From contig NIVC01000350.1 of the NCBI GenBank assembly GCA_002269645.1, positions 186,001-250,000 on the forward strand: DNA of 64,000 nt. Direction: 5' to 3'. The notes beneath the pieces are model-generated. The model made no database searches. It saw only the letters and a program-made list of their open reading frames with translations, and was not told the origin of the DNA. Shown piece by piece: positions 11,598 to 23,430 of this stretch. This stretch comes from Macrostomum lignano (Eukaryota). The stretch's first letter is position 1, and each line of letters begins with the position of its first letter. The position numbers and the translations under genes were made by a program.

Positions 11598-12458
11598 AGT
11601 GTCAGTGCCATAGACAAGTGTCAGCGCAATAAGAAGAGTATCAGTGCCATAGATGAGTGTCAGTGCCATAGATGAGTGTCAGCGCCATAAGGGTGTCAGT
11701 GCCATAGATTAGAGCCACTGCCATGTGTCAGTACCATAGATTAGTGTCAGAGCCACTGCCATGTGTCAGTGCCATAGATTAGTGTCGGAGCCATGGACAA
11801 GTGTCAGTGCCTTAGATTAGTGTCAGTGCCATAGATTAGTGTCAGTGCCATAGATTAGAGCCACTGCCATGTGTCAGTACCATAGATTAGTGTCAGAGCC
11901 ACTGCCATGTGTCAGTGCCATAGATTAGTGTCAATGCCATGGACAAGTGTCAGTGCCTTAGATTAGTGTCAGTGCCATAGATTAGTGTCAGTGCCATAGA
12001 TTAGAGCCACTGCCATGTGTCAGTGCCATAGATTAGTGTCAGTGCCATAGATTAGAGCCACTGCCATGTGTCAGTGCCATAGATTAGTGTCAGAGCCACT
12101 GCCATGTGTCAGTGCCATAGATAAGTCAGTGCCATGGATTAGTGTCAGTGCCATAGACAAGTGTCAGTGCCATAGATTAGTGTCAGTGCCATAGACAAGT
12201 GTTAGTGCCATAGATTAGTGTCAATGCCATAGACAAGTGTCAGTGCCATAGATTAGTGTCAGTGCCATAGATAAGTCAGTGCCATGGATTAGTGTCAGTG
12301 CCATAGACAAGTGTTAGTGCCATAGATTAGTGTCAGTGCCATAGATTAGTGTCAGTGCCATAGATTAGTGTCAGTGCCATAGACAAGTTTCAATGCCATA
12401 GATTAGTGTCAGTGCCATAAATTAGTGTCAGAGCTATAGATTATAGTGTCAGTGCCAC
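11598..12458. repeat. 19-bp minisatellite with composite variants
   Basis: Unit GTGTCAGTGCCATAGA(TTA/CAA), interspersed with GAGCCACTGCCAT variant blocks. Confidence 0.95.
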
Positions 12459-12683
12459 AATTGTCATAGCCAATCGGCAGTAAAGATATCCTCAATCCAT
12501 ATACTGCAGCAGCATCTAACCAGCACGTAATCCTCTTCAATTCTCTGCAAGCTGATTGGCTGGCCACTTGCCAGCAAATCTTTTTCTCAACAAAAAAGTT
12601 GGATGCGAAACTGCAAGTTTGCAGTTTCTGGTGTACAATATTTTTGGGAGAAAATTTGGAAAATCCCAACTACACAACTCGAA

Positions 12684-12852
12684 ATGCCGCTGCCGCCACA
12701 GCTGCTTCTGATGATGTTGTTGCTGCTGTTGCTGAGGTGCCGAGCTACCTGTCCTCGAGTCCGCATTGCTTGCCGATCTCCCAGCCAGACTTCGCTGCTG
12801 TCAGATTTGGGCCATTGTTTGCTAGAAGCAGCGTCACGTGACTGCATAGAGG
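12684..12852 (+). CDS. Candidate signal-peptide first exon, possibly of the lectin-domain membrane protein
   Basis: MPLPPQLLLMMLLLLLLRCRATCPRV...SRDCIE G|gtaaat; Leu-rich h-region; phase-1 donor compatible with the phase-1 acceptor at 21401. The link across 8.5 kb is inferred. Confidence 0.45.
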
Positions 12853-12872
12853 GTAAATAAAAATAACCTTTG

Positions 12873-13730
12873 CCATTCACTTCTGTCCCTCTGTGAGTGT
12901 CATTCACCTCTGTCCCTCTGTGAGTGCCATTCACCTCTGTCCCTCTGTGAGTGCCATTCACCTCTGTCCCTCTGTGAGTGCCATTCACCTCTGTCCCTCT
13001 GTGAGTGCCATTCACCTCTGTCCCTCTGTGAGTGCCATTCACCTCTGTCCCTCTGTGAGTGCCATTCACCTCTGTCCCTCTGTGAGTGCCATTCACCTCT
13101 GTCCCTCTGTGAGTGCCATTCACCTCTGTCCCTCTGTGAGTGCCATTCACCTCTGTCCCTCTGTGAGTGCCATTCACCTCTGTCCCTCTGTGAGTGCCAT
13201 TCACCTCTGTCCCTCTGTGAGTGCCATTCACCTCTGTCCCTCTGTGAGTGCCATTCACCTCTGTCCCTCTGTGAGTGCCATTCACCTCTGTCCCTCTGTG
13301 AGTGCCATTCACCTCTGTCCCTCTGTGAGTGCCATTCACCTCTGTCCCTCTGTGAGTGCCATTCACCTCTGTCCCTCTGTGAGTGCCATTCACCTCTGTC
13401 CCTCTGTGAGTGTCATTCACCTCTGTCCCTCTGTGAGTGCCATTCACCTCTGTCCCTCTGTGAGTGCCATTCACCTCTGTCCCTCTGTAAGTGCTATTCA
13501 CCTCTGTCCCTCTGTGAGTGTCATTCACCTCTGTCCCTCTGTGAGTGCCATTCACCTCTGTCCCTCTGTGAGTGCCATTCACCTCTGTCCCTCTGTAAGT
13601 GCTATTCACCTCTGTCCCTCTGTGAGTGCCATTCACCTCTGTCCCTCTGTAAGTGCCATTCACCCCTGATCGAGTGAATTGTGTGCCATTCACCTCTGTC
13701 CGAGTGAATTGTGTGCCATTCACTTCTGTC
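12873..13730. repeat. 27-bp minisatellite (~30 copies)
   Basis: Unit CCATTCACCTCTGTCCCTCTGTGAGTG; produces the repetitive ORFs 12587..13783 and 12893..13669. Confidence 0.97.
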
Positions 13731-15507
13731 CAAGAGAGTGAATCCTGAGCAGACCTTATTTTCATCCGCATAAAGTGATGCAATGCATTTATTAATTAAT
13801 TTACAATCTAACACCATCAAAGCTATACTATAAGTGTAGGGTCATAACTCATAGGATTGCACGGCAGCACGACTGAGAGCATTGAGGCATCTCACAGAAG
13901 CCAAACAACACGCTTAACAGTGCATTCCCAGGGGCAAGTACAAGCTCTGTAAGGGAGATTATTGCAAAAAACATTCTCAACAATAATAAATGCATACTCC
14001 GGACCATAGTTTCCTGTGCATATGGGCTGTAAGCGAGCCAAAATATAGCTATAATCTTAGCGGAAACCTCGCCAACCGGGGATTGCGATTCAGTAGCGGT
14101 GACCGCAACCTCAGATTGGGACTTTTTGGGATTCCTTCTCTCTCTCTCTCCTACTCTCCCATCCCAGAGGCTGGATGCCCTCCTCCTCGCCCTTCCACTT
14201 GCCAAGGCGATCTAGAGTGAGCATCTAGAGTGCAAATCAAGGACCACTGTAGTATAACAGGACGTAAAACTCAAAGATCGTGTGGTTTTTTGAGGCCTAT
14301 TTCTTGGGGAAAATACACTGCGGAAATAGGAAAAAATCAGTTTTTATCACAAAATTAATAATTGTATTTGGTCAGAAGCAATTAATTTGGGTATAGTTCC
14401 ATCTAAATGCATATTACCTGCACAATTTCATTACAAATATACTGCATTCAAGAAGCAACTGAACAAACATTGTCTGAAATGACCTCATTCTTCATGGTTC
14501 AAATTCCTCTTTTAAACTCGTAACGGGGCAGAAATCGGTGCCATCCGGAGCGTCAGGGGGCTGACCCCCCTTGACCTCCCCTAGAGATCAGAGGGAGTTT
14601 GGAACTCCAGATCCTGGTCTAAGGTCTCCTTATCCCAAAGCAGGCCGCCCCCAACACGCCGGAAATGTCACGGCCTGTGCGATGCAGAGGGTGGGGGGAG
14701 GGCAGAGAGTCGCCATGGAGTCGTTGATGTCCGGCCCGCTTGCTCAGCATCTTCAGAGTCGATACAGCAGCAACTGCAGCAGCAAGGGCCTCCCTCTGCT
14801 CTTCTCTTCTGCTCAATATGACTCGCCTTTTTGCTGTTTTCTCTCCTTCCCATCCCCCTAGCGACGCCTTCTGGCTGCATCCCAAAGATTGATCTGTTTT
14901 TCCGCAGCAGATTTGACTGAGCGCATTCTTGTAAAAGGCATCGATGGAGACAAGCTGAAGCAGGCATTAATGAGAATTAGTCGTGTAATTAGTGGGAAAT
15001 CCCGCGGGCTACCTTATACTACTAACCTTAGCGGGCTGGGGCAACAGATCCGAAAAAAAGATTTTTGTCGCTAAGGAAGACAGATCGATACTCGGGGGAA
15101 CGTTTTTTTATCTTATTTTCTCTGATTGTAGATAAGATAAAGGCCTCTGTCCAGCATTGAGGAAGTTGCATCGCTGCTCGATAAATTCGCCCCATTGATT
15201 AGTTGGCGTCTTGACAGAAACCTCCGCTGATTAGGCATGAAGGCTAACCGCTTGGACAAGATGGCGGCCTCCAGCTTCCTTGGACGTACGAGCTAGATTG
15301 ACTAGCAAAGAACGAGTGCGGGGACAGAACTATTTCGAATTGGTTTATTCCCCTTGTGCTTGTTACTTTCAAAGTTTAGAGCTAATGAACTGGGGGGGGG
15401 GTATTGAAGCTTCAGGCTACTGAAGTTTTGCATCGGTGAGAAAGCCCGAAAATAAATAATTTATCTGACACTGAAGCATTTTGTCTAAAAATAGATCATT
15501 TCACAAC

Positions 15508-15760
15508 CTGACACTAAATCAATTTGTCTGACACTAAATCTGACTGTCTGACACTGGATCAAATTGTCTGACACTAAATCTGACTGCCTGACACTAGATC
15601 AAATTGTCTGACACTAAATCAATTTGTCTGACACTAAATCTGACTGCCTGATACTAAATCAAATTGCCTGACACTTAATCTGACTGCCTGATACTAAATC
15701 AAATTGCCTGACGCTAAATTAGACTGCCTGAAAACGTGTCAATCCATCTGACACTATTTA
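15508..15760. repeat. Degenerate ~20-bp minisatellite
   Basis: Alternating units CTGACACTAAATCAA(T/A)TTGT and CTGACACTAAATCTGACTG(T/C). Confidence 0.88.
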
Positions 15761-16264
15761 CTTGACAATTATATTCTGGTGCTCTGCTTGTCATATTTTC
15801 CCGTTTTCCAAAAATAAATTCACCTTTCGATAGATTAATCTGATCCCAATTCTCACTGTCTGACAAAGTTGCCTTTTTTGACATCTACTGACAGAGACCG
15901 GCACAAATTTGCACTGTAAAACAGGATTATTCACCACTCCTGGGGTAGCTAGTCAACAACGTTTGAACTCTGTTCACCTCTTGCTTGCACGGGGAACGAG
16001 ACGGAAGTTACTAGCGGAAGCAAGTTCTGGCAAAGCAGTTGTTGTCAAGCGCTTTGGCAGTCTTTAAGGGCTGAGATCTAAGCCTTGCGCGTGAACGTTT
16101 ATTGTTGCCCCTACTAACAAAGAAGGAGACAGCTTCAGCAAAGACTTCTGCTTCAGCAAAGGAAGCTGTGCAGAGAAGAAATTATTTTTGCCTGAGAAGC
16201 CGCACCAGAAAGGAGGGGATGAGCCAGAAGGGGTAGGGGGAGGAAGGAAGGTAGGAGGGGATGG

Positions 16265-16858
16265 TAGCAGGAAGGGGGAAGGCAGGAAGGGGTGGAGGAA
16301 AGAAGGATGGGTGAAGGAAGGGGTGGGGAAGGCAGGAAGGGGTGGGGAAGGCAGGAAGGGGTGGGGAAGGCAGGAAGGGGTGGAGGAAGAAGGAAGGGGT
16401 GGGGAAGGCAGGAAGGGGTGGGGAAGGCAGGAAGGGGTGGAGGAAAGAAGGATGGGTGAAGGAAGGGGTGGGGAAGGCAGGAAGGGGTGGGGAAGGCAGG
16501 AAGGGGTGGGGAAGGCAGGAAGGGGTGGGGAAGGCAGGAAGGGCTGGGGAAGGCAGGAAGGGCTGGGGAAGGCAGGAAGGGCTGGGGAAGGCAGGAAGGG
16601 CTGGGGAAGGCAGGAAGGGCTGGGGAAGGCAGGAAGGGCTGGGGAAGGCAGGAAGGGCTGGGGAAGGCAGGAAGGGCTGGGGAAGGCAGGAAGGGGTGGG
16701 GAAGGCAGGAAGGGCTGGGGAAGGCATGAAGGGGTGGGGAAGGCAGGAAGGGGTGGGGAAGGCATAAAGAGGTGGGGAAGGCATGAAGGGGTGGGGAAGG
16801 CATGAAGAGGTGGGGAAGGCATGAAGGGGTGGGGAAGGCATGAAGGGGTGGGGAAGGG
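16265..16858. repeat. 19-bp purine/G-rich minisatellite
   Basis: Unit GGAAGGGG(T)GGGGAAGGCA or GGAAGGGCTGGGGAAGGCA; source of the Pro-rich and Gly-rich pseudo-ORFs. Confidence 0.95.
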
Positions 16859-17385
16859 AACCTGCAGGAGAAGGTTTTTACCCTCAAATTTGCTAAAGCT
16901 GATCAATCGTAAAAAACCAAAGCTTTCGTACCGATTATTGTTTGAATAGAGAACTTCTAAAAATAGAAGATCTGTACACAAGGCAGGAGTTGGTGTTGGC
17001 TTCTTAGAAAACCTTCTGATTGACTCGAAATTTCTTTTATTGTGAAGGGAACAGCCAAGCTTGAAAGACAGAACTTGACGGAGAACATTTTTAATAATGT
17101 AAAAAATTGAAAATGGGAAGTCTAGGCTGAGGCTGCCAATCAAATATAGTTGGCCTGAGTTATTGACCAGCTCAAGTTTTTAAAGCCATGTGGACGAAGT
17201 ATGGATGTTTTATAAGCGGGAATGCCTCACGGAACTAGAGCTTGAGGTTGAATGTCCGTGCGGGGGGGGGTCACGTGTCGCCATGCATGTTTCGTGATCT
17301 CCCTGTAACATAACTTTGATTTTGAATCTTGCTTTTAATTTAGGGTGCGAAATTTCAGAAGCTTATGGAGATTAAATATACTTTT

Positions 17386-18535
17386 TAGTTTGGGGTTTGT
17401 GTGGCTTGGGGTTTGTGTAGCTTGGGGTTTGTGTTGATTGGGGTTTGTGTAGCTTGGGGTTTGTGTAGCTTGAGGTTTGTATAGCTTGGGGTTTGTGTAG
17501 CTTGCGGTTTGTGTAGCTTGGGATTTGTGTAGCTTGGGGTTTGTGTAGCTTGGGGTTTGTGTAGCTTGGGATTTGTGTAGCTTGGGGTTTGTGTAGCTTG
17601 GGATTTGTGTAGCTTGGGATTTGTGTAGCTTGGGGTTTGTGCATCTTGGGGTTTGTGTAGCTTGGGGTTTGTGTAGCTTGGGGTTTGTGTAGCTTGGGGT
17701 TTGTGTAGCTTGGGGTTTGTGTTGATTGGGGTTTGTGTAGCTTGGGGTTTGTGTAGCTTGGGGTTTGTGCATCTTGGGGTTTGTGTAGCTTGGGGTTTGT
17801 GCATCTTGGGGTTTGTGTAGCTTGGGGTTTGTGCATCTTGGGGTTTGTGTAGCTTGGGGTTTGTGTAGCTTGGGGTTCGTGTAGCTTGGGGTTTGTGTAG
17901 CTTGGGGTTTGTGTAGCTTGGGGTTTGTGTAGCTTGGGGTTTGTGTAGCTTGGGGTTTGTGTAGCTTGGGGTTTGTGTAGCTTGGGGTTTGTGTAGCTTG
18001 GGATCTTGTGTAGCTTGGGGTTTGTGTAGCTTGGGGTTCGTAGCTAGCTTGGGGTTTGTGTAGCTTGGGGTTCGTGTAGGGGTTTGTGTAGCTTGGGGTT
18101 TGTGTAGCTTGGGGTTTGTGTAGCTTGGGGTTTGTGTAGCTTGGGGTTTGTGTAGCTTGGGGTTTGTGCAGCTTGGGGTTTGTGTAGCTTGGGGTTTGTG
18201 TAGCTTGGGATTTGTGTAGCTTGGGGTTTGTGTAGCTTGGGGTTTGTGTAGCTTGGGGTTTGTGTAGCTTGGAGTTTGTGTAGCTTGGGAGCTTGGGGTT
18301 TGTGTAGCTTGGGGTTCGTGTATTGGGGTTTGTGCATCTTGGGGTTTGTGTAGCTTGGGGTTCGTATAGCTTGGGGTTTGTGTAGCTTGGGGTTCGTGTA
18401 GCTTGAGGTTTGTGTAGCTTGGGGTTTGTGTAGCTTGGAGTTTGTGTAGCTTAGGGTTTGTGTAGCTTGGGATTTGTGTAGCTTGATTGGGGTTTGTGCA
18501 TATTGGGGTTCGTATAGCTTGGGGTTTGCGTAGGT
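17386..18535. repeat. 16-bp minisatellite (~70 copies)
   Basis: Unit GGGGTTTGTGTAGCTT with occasional truncated units. Confidence 0.96.
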
Positions 18536-19296
18536 TGTATTGCTTGGCTTGGAGTTTGCGTAGCTTGGCCTGGTATGTCGCGAATGCAGATACTGCTAAC
18601 TCATTTGCAGAATTTCGCAGCCGTGTGATATCCAGAATGGTGACACATTCCTTCTTCAAAGCTCGTTAGATTTTCACAGAGCGACAGCTGTTCCTTCCGG
18701 CAAATTTGTAAAGTTACTGACCCTCCCTCTGCTTGTCTCGCCACCCGTCGCGCAGCCACCCGTGTACCTCATGCTGCTATCGGCGCTTTTTCGATGCACA
18801 GAAGACAAGGCAGAGGTTGGAACTCTGCACAGCAGGGGGTTGGCTGCTGTTCCCGGCCGAAGCAAGTGTGTTAAGCCTTCTGGGGGCTCACTCATATTCC
18901 TAGCCATATCCCCATCTCTCTCCCAGAAATTTCGACAAACCCATTTTGGCAAGTCGTTAATGGCTCGGAGCCCTCTGGGAGGCTGCAGGATTATCGGCTT
19001 TTGGGAGGCTGGAAAGGCCGGGGGAGGAAAGAATCTCAGGCTGGGAAATTTGCCGCCTTGAACAGAAACGGTGTGCTGGAAAAACACAAAAGAGAGAAAA
19101 TGCTGTCTGGCACAGTGCATGGATTTCAAGAAAGCACATTCGCCTGCATTCTCTTTTTAGATTGAATGGCTGAGAGCATCGCGGTCTCCATCTGAGCCTT
19201 TTAGCTCGCAGTCGCTGGAGTCACTCCAGGTAGCTATCGATTGAAGATTAGAGTGGATTAGAAATTTAGCATAGGTGTGCTAATATTGCTTCACAA

Positions 19297-19882
19297 TGAT
19301 GCAGGAATACAATGGATTGCTAATCTAGCCTACATCATGGGTGCAGGAATAGAATGGATTGCTAATCTAGCCTACATCGTGGATGCAGGAATATAATGGA
19401 TTGCTAATCTAGCCTACATCGTGGATGCAGGAATAGAATGGATTGCTAATCTAGCCTACATCGTGGATGCAGGAATAGGATGGATTGCTAATCTAGCCTA
19501 CATCATGGATGCAGGAATAGAATGGATTGCTAATCTAGCCTACATCAAGGATGCAGGAATAGAATGGATTGCTAATCTAGCCTACATCATGGATGCAGGA
19601 ATATAATGGATTGCTAATCTAGCCTACATCAAGGATGCAGGAATAGAATGGATTGCTAATCTAGCCTACATCATGGATGCAGGAATAGAATGGATTGCTA
19701 ATCTAGCCTACATCATGGATGCAGGAATAGAATGGATTGCTAATCTAGCCTACATCATGGATGCAGGAATAGAATGGATTGCTAATCTAGCCTACATCAT
19801 GGATGCAGGAATAGAATGGATTGCTAATCTAGCCTACATCATGGATGCAGGAATAGAATGGATTGCTAATCTAGCCTACATC
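19297..19882. repeat. 42-bp minisatellite (~14 copies)
   Basis: Unit TGGATGCAGGAATAGAATGGATTGCTAATCTAGCCTACATCA. Confidence 0.96.
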
Positions 19883-21400
19883 AATATTTTCAAACCCAGT
19901 TTAGCCAAACCCAGCCTGCTCGCTACTTTACTAAAAAAAGTTGAAGCTGTTCCGGCGGACAGATTTGAGTCCGGATGTCGTGTGCCTTTGGAAGTGCCAG
20001 CCCGCGCACTGCAGCCTCGCAGCTATTGTGACGGCTTCCTCCTATTCAGTGTCTGATTCCGAGGCTGAAGTGCTTAGCCAAAGTAGCCAACAGCAAACTC
20101 ATAACTCTTTGGCTTAAGAAGCCAGAGCTCCCTGGCCAAGGAGAACTTGAATTAAAATGTGGATTTGGGAGTTGGAGTTTAAAAAATACATAATGTAACT
20201 TTTTTGCGCACAACTCTGTTATTTCTAAGTTAGAATCGGGTAGAAATAAATGTTTGCAAAAGTGTATTTTTTTCTTGAGATTACCTATTAGGGTATCGAT
20301 CAGAATCACAATAATGTTAGAAATTATGATGTTACTAACGAAGGTAAAAATGAAAAGTATTAAAACTTTTAAACAGTTTTTAGCTAATTAAAACTTTTCA
20401 TTTGGAAGAAAGAAATAATTTCTAAATGAAAATATCTGGTTAAATAATTATTTTTCCTAGATTTTTCATTCTCCTTTATTAATTTTCACTTACGTTATCA
20501 TTGTCACTTGAATGAGAAAACTAAGTTTTATCAAATATATAACTATTTATTAAACCAACGTATTTATACTGTATGTAGGCATTGGTTTGACCAATTTAGT
20601 TAGTGCCTGAAAACTACATACTCGTAGAAAAATTAACGAAAGAATTAAAATATAATCTAAACAAAATAATTCTATCTAACAAATGCAATTATTCAACATT
20701 CATATTTTATGAAATTCAATTGACTCATTGAAAAAAATGCAGCTAATATAAATTCACTATACTCATCACAAAAGATGAGACCAAGTTTAATTTGTTTTTT
20801 GTTTAAACACTAACAGAAGTTATGAAGGATAACCGTATCCGTAAATCGTATAAGAAAAAAATAGATTTATATACGGATCGAAGCTGGAATGCAGAAAGTT
20901 TGCCTATCTGCTGCTTATATGCTTTAGCTAGTGATAAATTATTGCACGTAAATTATGCACCTACAGCACTCTCAGTTGCCAATTAAGCCCATACAACCCG
21001 GCTTGTTATGGTGGCACTCTCGATTCGACTATAATCTGATAGCTGAGTGTGATTTATGCCCCCTAAGACAGGTTCGAGAGAGAGAGGCTACAGCAGGTGA
21101 ATTTCTGCATGTTTGGTAACGTCTCGTTTCCCTAATCTTTATCTCGCCCCAATGGTAATTAACCCGACTCCTAGCTCCTATGCACTGTCCAGGCGTCAGG
21201 GCTTTACAACACTTTCTCTCCAACCACTGCCGTCCTGCGGGAAATCTCTCTCTTTTATAGCCACCACTGATAACTTGGACATTTCAACTTCTGAATGATA
21301 AAAATTGATTTAGCTATCAAACTTCAGTTCAACAGAGGATATCAGTTTTAACCCAAGCTGATCGGGCTTTGACCAACTCGACCTCATTCTCGCTGCTCAG

Positions 21401-21757
21401 GCTCGGTGACCCTCTGCGGCTCAGCTGCTAGTCTCAACTTGACTTGCCAGCCGCAAACAAGCCTGCTGAAGATCTGGTACGCCTACCTGGACAGCGACTC
21501 GGCTGGCGACCCCTGCAGCGAAGGCAACAGCAGCCGTAGCCGCCGCCGCAGCAGCAGTCCTTCTTCTACCTGTCGTATCTCTGTGCTCACCTGGGCGGTG
21601 CAGAAATGCGACAACCGGCCTGAATGCCGGCTTCAAACGGCAGATGCTGTAGCAACTTCCTTGACTGAAGCCTCGGAGAACGACTTGTCCTGCAAATCCA
21701 AGCTTAAAGGGCGTCTCAACAACCGCCAATATCTGCGTGTGGACTTCTCCTGCCTAG
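21401..21757 (+). CDS. Exon encoding a divergent SUEL/rhamnose-binding-lectin-like domain
   Basis: Acceptor ctgctcag|GC, donor CTA G|gtgaga (phase 1-1, 357 nt). SVTLCGSAASLNLTC...KIWYAYL...DPC...TCRISVLTWAVQKCDNRPEC...SCKSK...QYLRVDFSCL has 8 Cys with SUEL-like spacing and the LxC and (K/Q)YLxVxFxC motifs. Confidence 0.7.
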
Positions 21758-21771
21758 GTGAGATGATCTTA

Positions 21772-22091
21772 ACTGACCCGATCTGACCAGACCTGACCCG
21801 ATCTGACCAGACCTAACCCGATCTGACCAGACCTAACCCGATATGACCAGACCTGACTCATACCTGACAAAACCCGCCAACTGACCTGCAATGACCAGAC
21901 CTGAGTCGAACTGACCAGACCTGACCCGATATGACCAGACCTGACCCGATATGACCAGACCTAACCCGATCTAACCAGATATAACCCGATCTGACCAGAC
22001 CTAACCTGATCTGACCAGACCTGACTCATACCTGACAAAACCCGCCAACTGACCTGCAATGACCAGACCTGAGTCGAACTGACCAGACTTG
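21772..22091. repeat. 20-bp repeat with a 168-bp internal duplication (intron)
   Basis: Unit CTGACCAGACCT(G/A)ACCCGAT; the block CTGACTCATACCTGACAAAACCCGCC... occurs at 21853 and 22021. Confidence 0.88.
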
Positions 22092-22211
22092 TGGTCCCTA
22101 AACCCTAGCCTGAAGTAGCACTGCTGTAGTATGCAAGTATGAAGTTAAACTATTAATTTTTTGTTCTTTTTCAAACCAATTGAATGAATTTCCTCCCGCA
22201 CTCGTCGACAG

Positions 22212-22414
22212 GCGGTTCCGCAGTCTCAGCTGAGTCCGCTGGACAGGAGGCATTCTTCCACTGGGGCCTGGCGCTCATCGCCGCCCTGTTCCCTCTGACG
22301 CTGCTCGCCCTGATGCTGACTGTCCGGCTGCGGAAACAGCGTCAGGATGCCTACGGCCTGACCAGCATGCACCTGCCACTGACTGAGCACGAGCAGGCTG
22401 AGCACGAGACCTGA
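22212..22414 (+). CDS. Terminal exon: transmembrane helix and cytoplasmic tail of the lectin-domain protein
   Basis: Phase-1 acceptor gacag|GC after a pyrimidine tract; ...FFHWGLALIAALFPLTLLALMLTV-RLRKQRQDAYGLTSMHLPLTEHEQAEHET*; TM helix followed by a basic stop-transfer cluster. Confidence 0.72.
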
Positions 22415-22986
22415 AACTCTTGCCGCTCAAACTGACCACTAATCTAGTTAGTTGGATTAGTTAGAGTCAGGGGGCTGCGTGCACCCTAGCGCACTTTAAG
22501 CGACATTGTCACACAACCGGCAAGAGGCATTACTGCCCATTCCGCCAACTCCTCTGAGCAGCGCACACAAACGCGCGGATACGTACGCAGTCACACGCAC
22601 AGGCACACACTCACACAGGAGTGCACAGCGGCCCTAACTTTATTTATCGTTTGGTATGTACACTTCACGGCCGTTAATTGCACGAGCAGAGCCAAGCTGA
22701 GATTTCAATGTAGCCTCAAATTAATGTGACTGCACTTGGAATCGAGCCTGGGCCCTATGGCTTGTATGTACTTTTAAGTTCGTGAACAAATGATGGTCTG
22801 TTTAAATGTCAACAATGGCTTCCATTCTGTGTTAGTTGAAGTTGTTTTTCTTTGAATTGCCCGTCTCGGTTTCAGCGCCCACTTTTGGTGGGTCTTTGTT
22901 TTTGGCTTTGTCTTGCCTACATACACCTGTTATTTTTATATAAGCTCACCTAATATCTGGTCTTGCGCATTGCTTGTTATTGTCAG

Positions 22987-23430
22987 TATCTGGTCTCTAT
23001 GGAGTTTCTATCTGGTCTCTATGGAGTTTCTATCTGGTCTCTATGGAGTTTCTATCCGGTCTCTATGATGCTTCTATCTGGTCTCTATGGAGTCTCTATC
23101 TGATCTTTATGGTGTTTCTATCTGGTCTCTATGGAGTTTCTATCTGGTCTTTATGAGTTTCTATCCGGTCTCTATGATGTTTCTATCTGGTCTCTATGGA
23201 GTCTCTATCTGATCTTTATGGCGTTTCTATCTGGTCTCTATGGAGTTTCTATCTGGTCTCTATGGAGTTTCCACCTGATTTTTATCTGGTCTCTATGGAG
23301 TTTCTATCCGGTCTCTATGATGTTTCTATCTGGTCTCTATGGAGTTTCTATCTGGTCTCTATGGAGTTTCTATCTGGTCTCTATTTGGAGTTTCTATCTG
23401 GTCTCTATGGAGTTTCCACCTGATTTTTAT
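22987..23430. repeat. 22-bp minisatellite
   Basis: Unit CTATCTGGTCTCTATGGAGTTT with variants. Confidence 0.93.

Noticed and set aside
12587-13783. 398-aa RGTEVNGTH and 258-aa VSAIHLCPS repeat proteins
   Set aside because: Translations of a 27-bp minisatellite; a unit length divisible by 3 and no stop codon explain the open frames on both strands.
14571-15074. Overlapping 60-100 aa ORFs as extra exons of the lectin gene
   Set aside because: No Cys pattern or homology, and no consistent acceptor/donor pair in the needed phase could be established.
16064-18659. Pro-rich, Gly-rich and KPQATQ mucin- or extensin-like ORFs
   Set aside because: They come from 19-bp and 16-bp arrays that cycle through all frames; no splice or domain support.
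19421-20056. MDAGIEWIANLAYI repeat protein
   Set aside because: 42-bp minisatellite; the TAATGG variant units introduce stops in the same frame.
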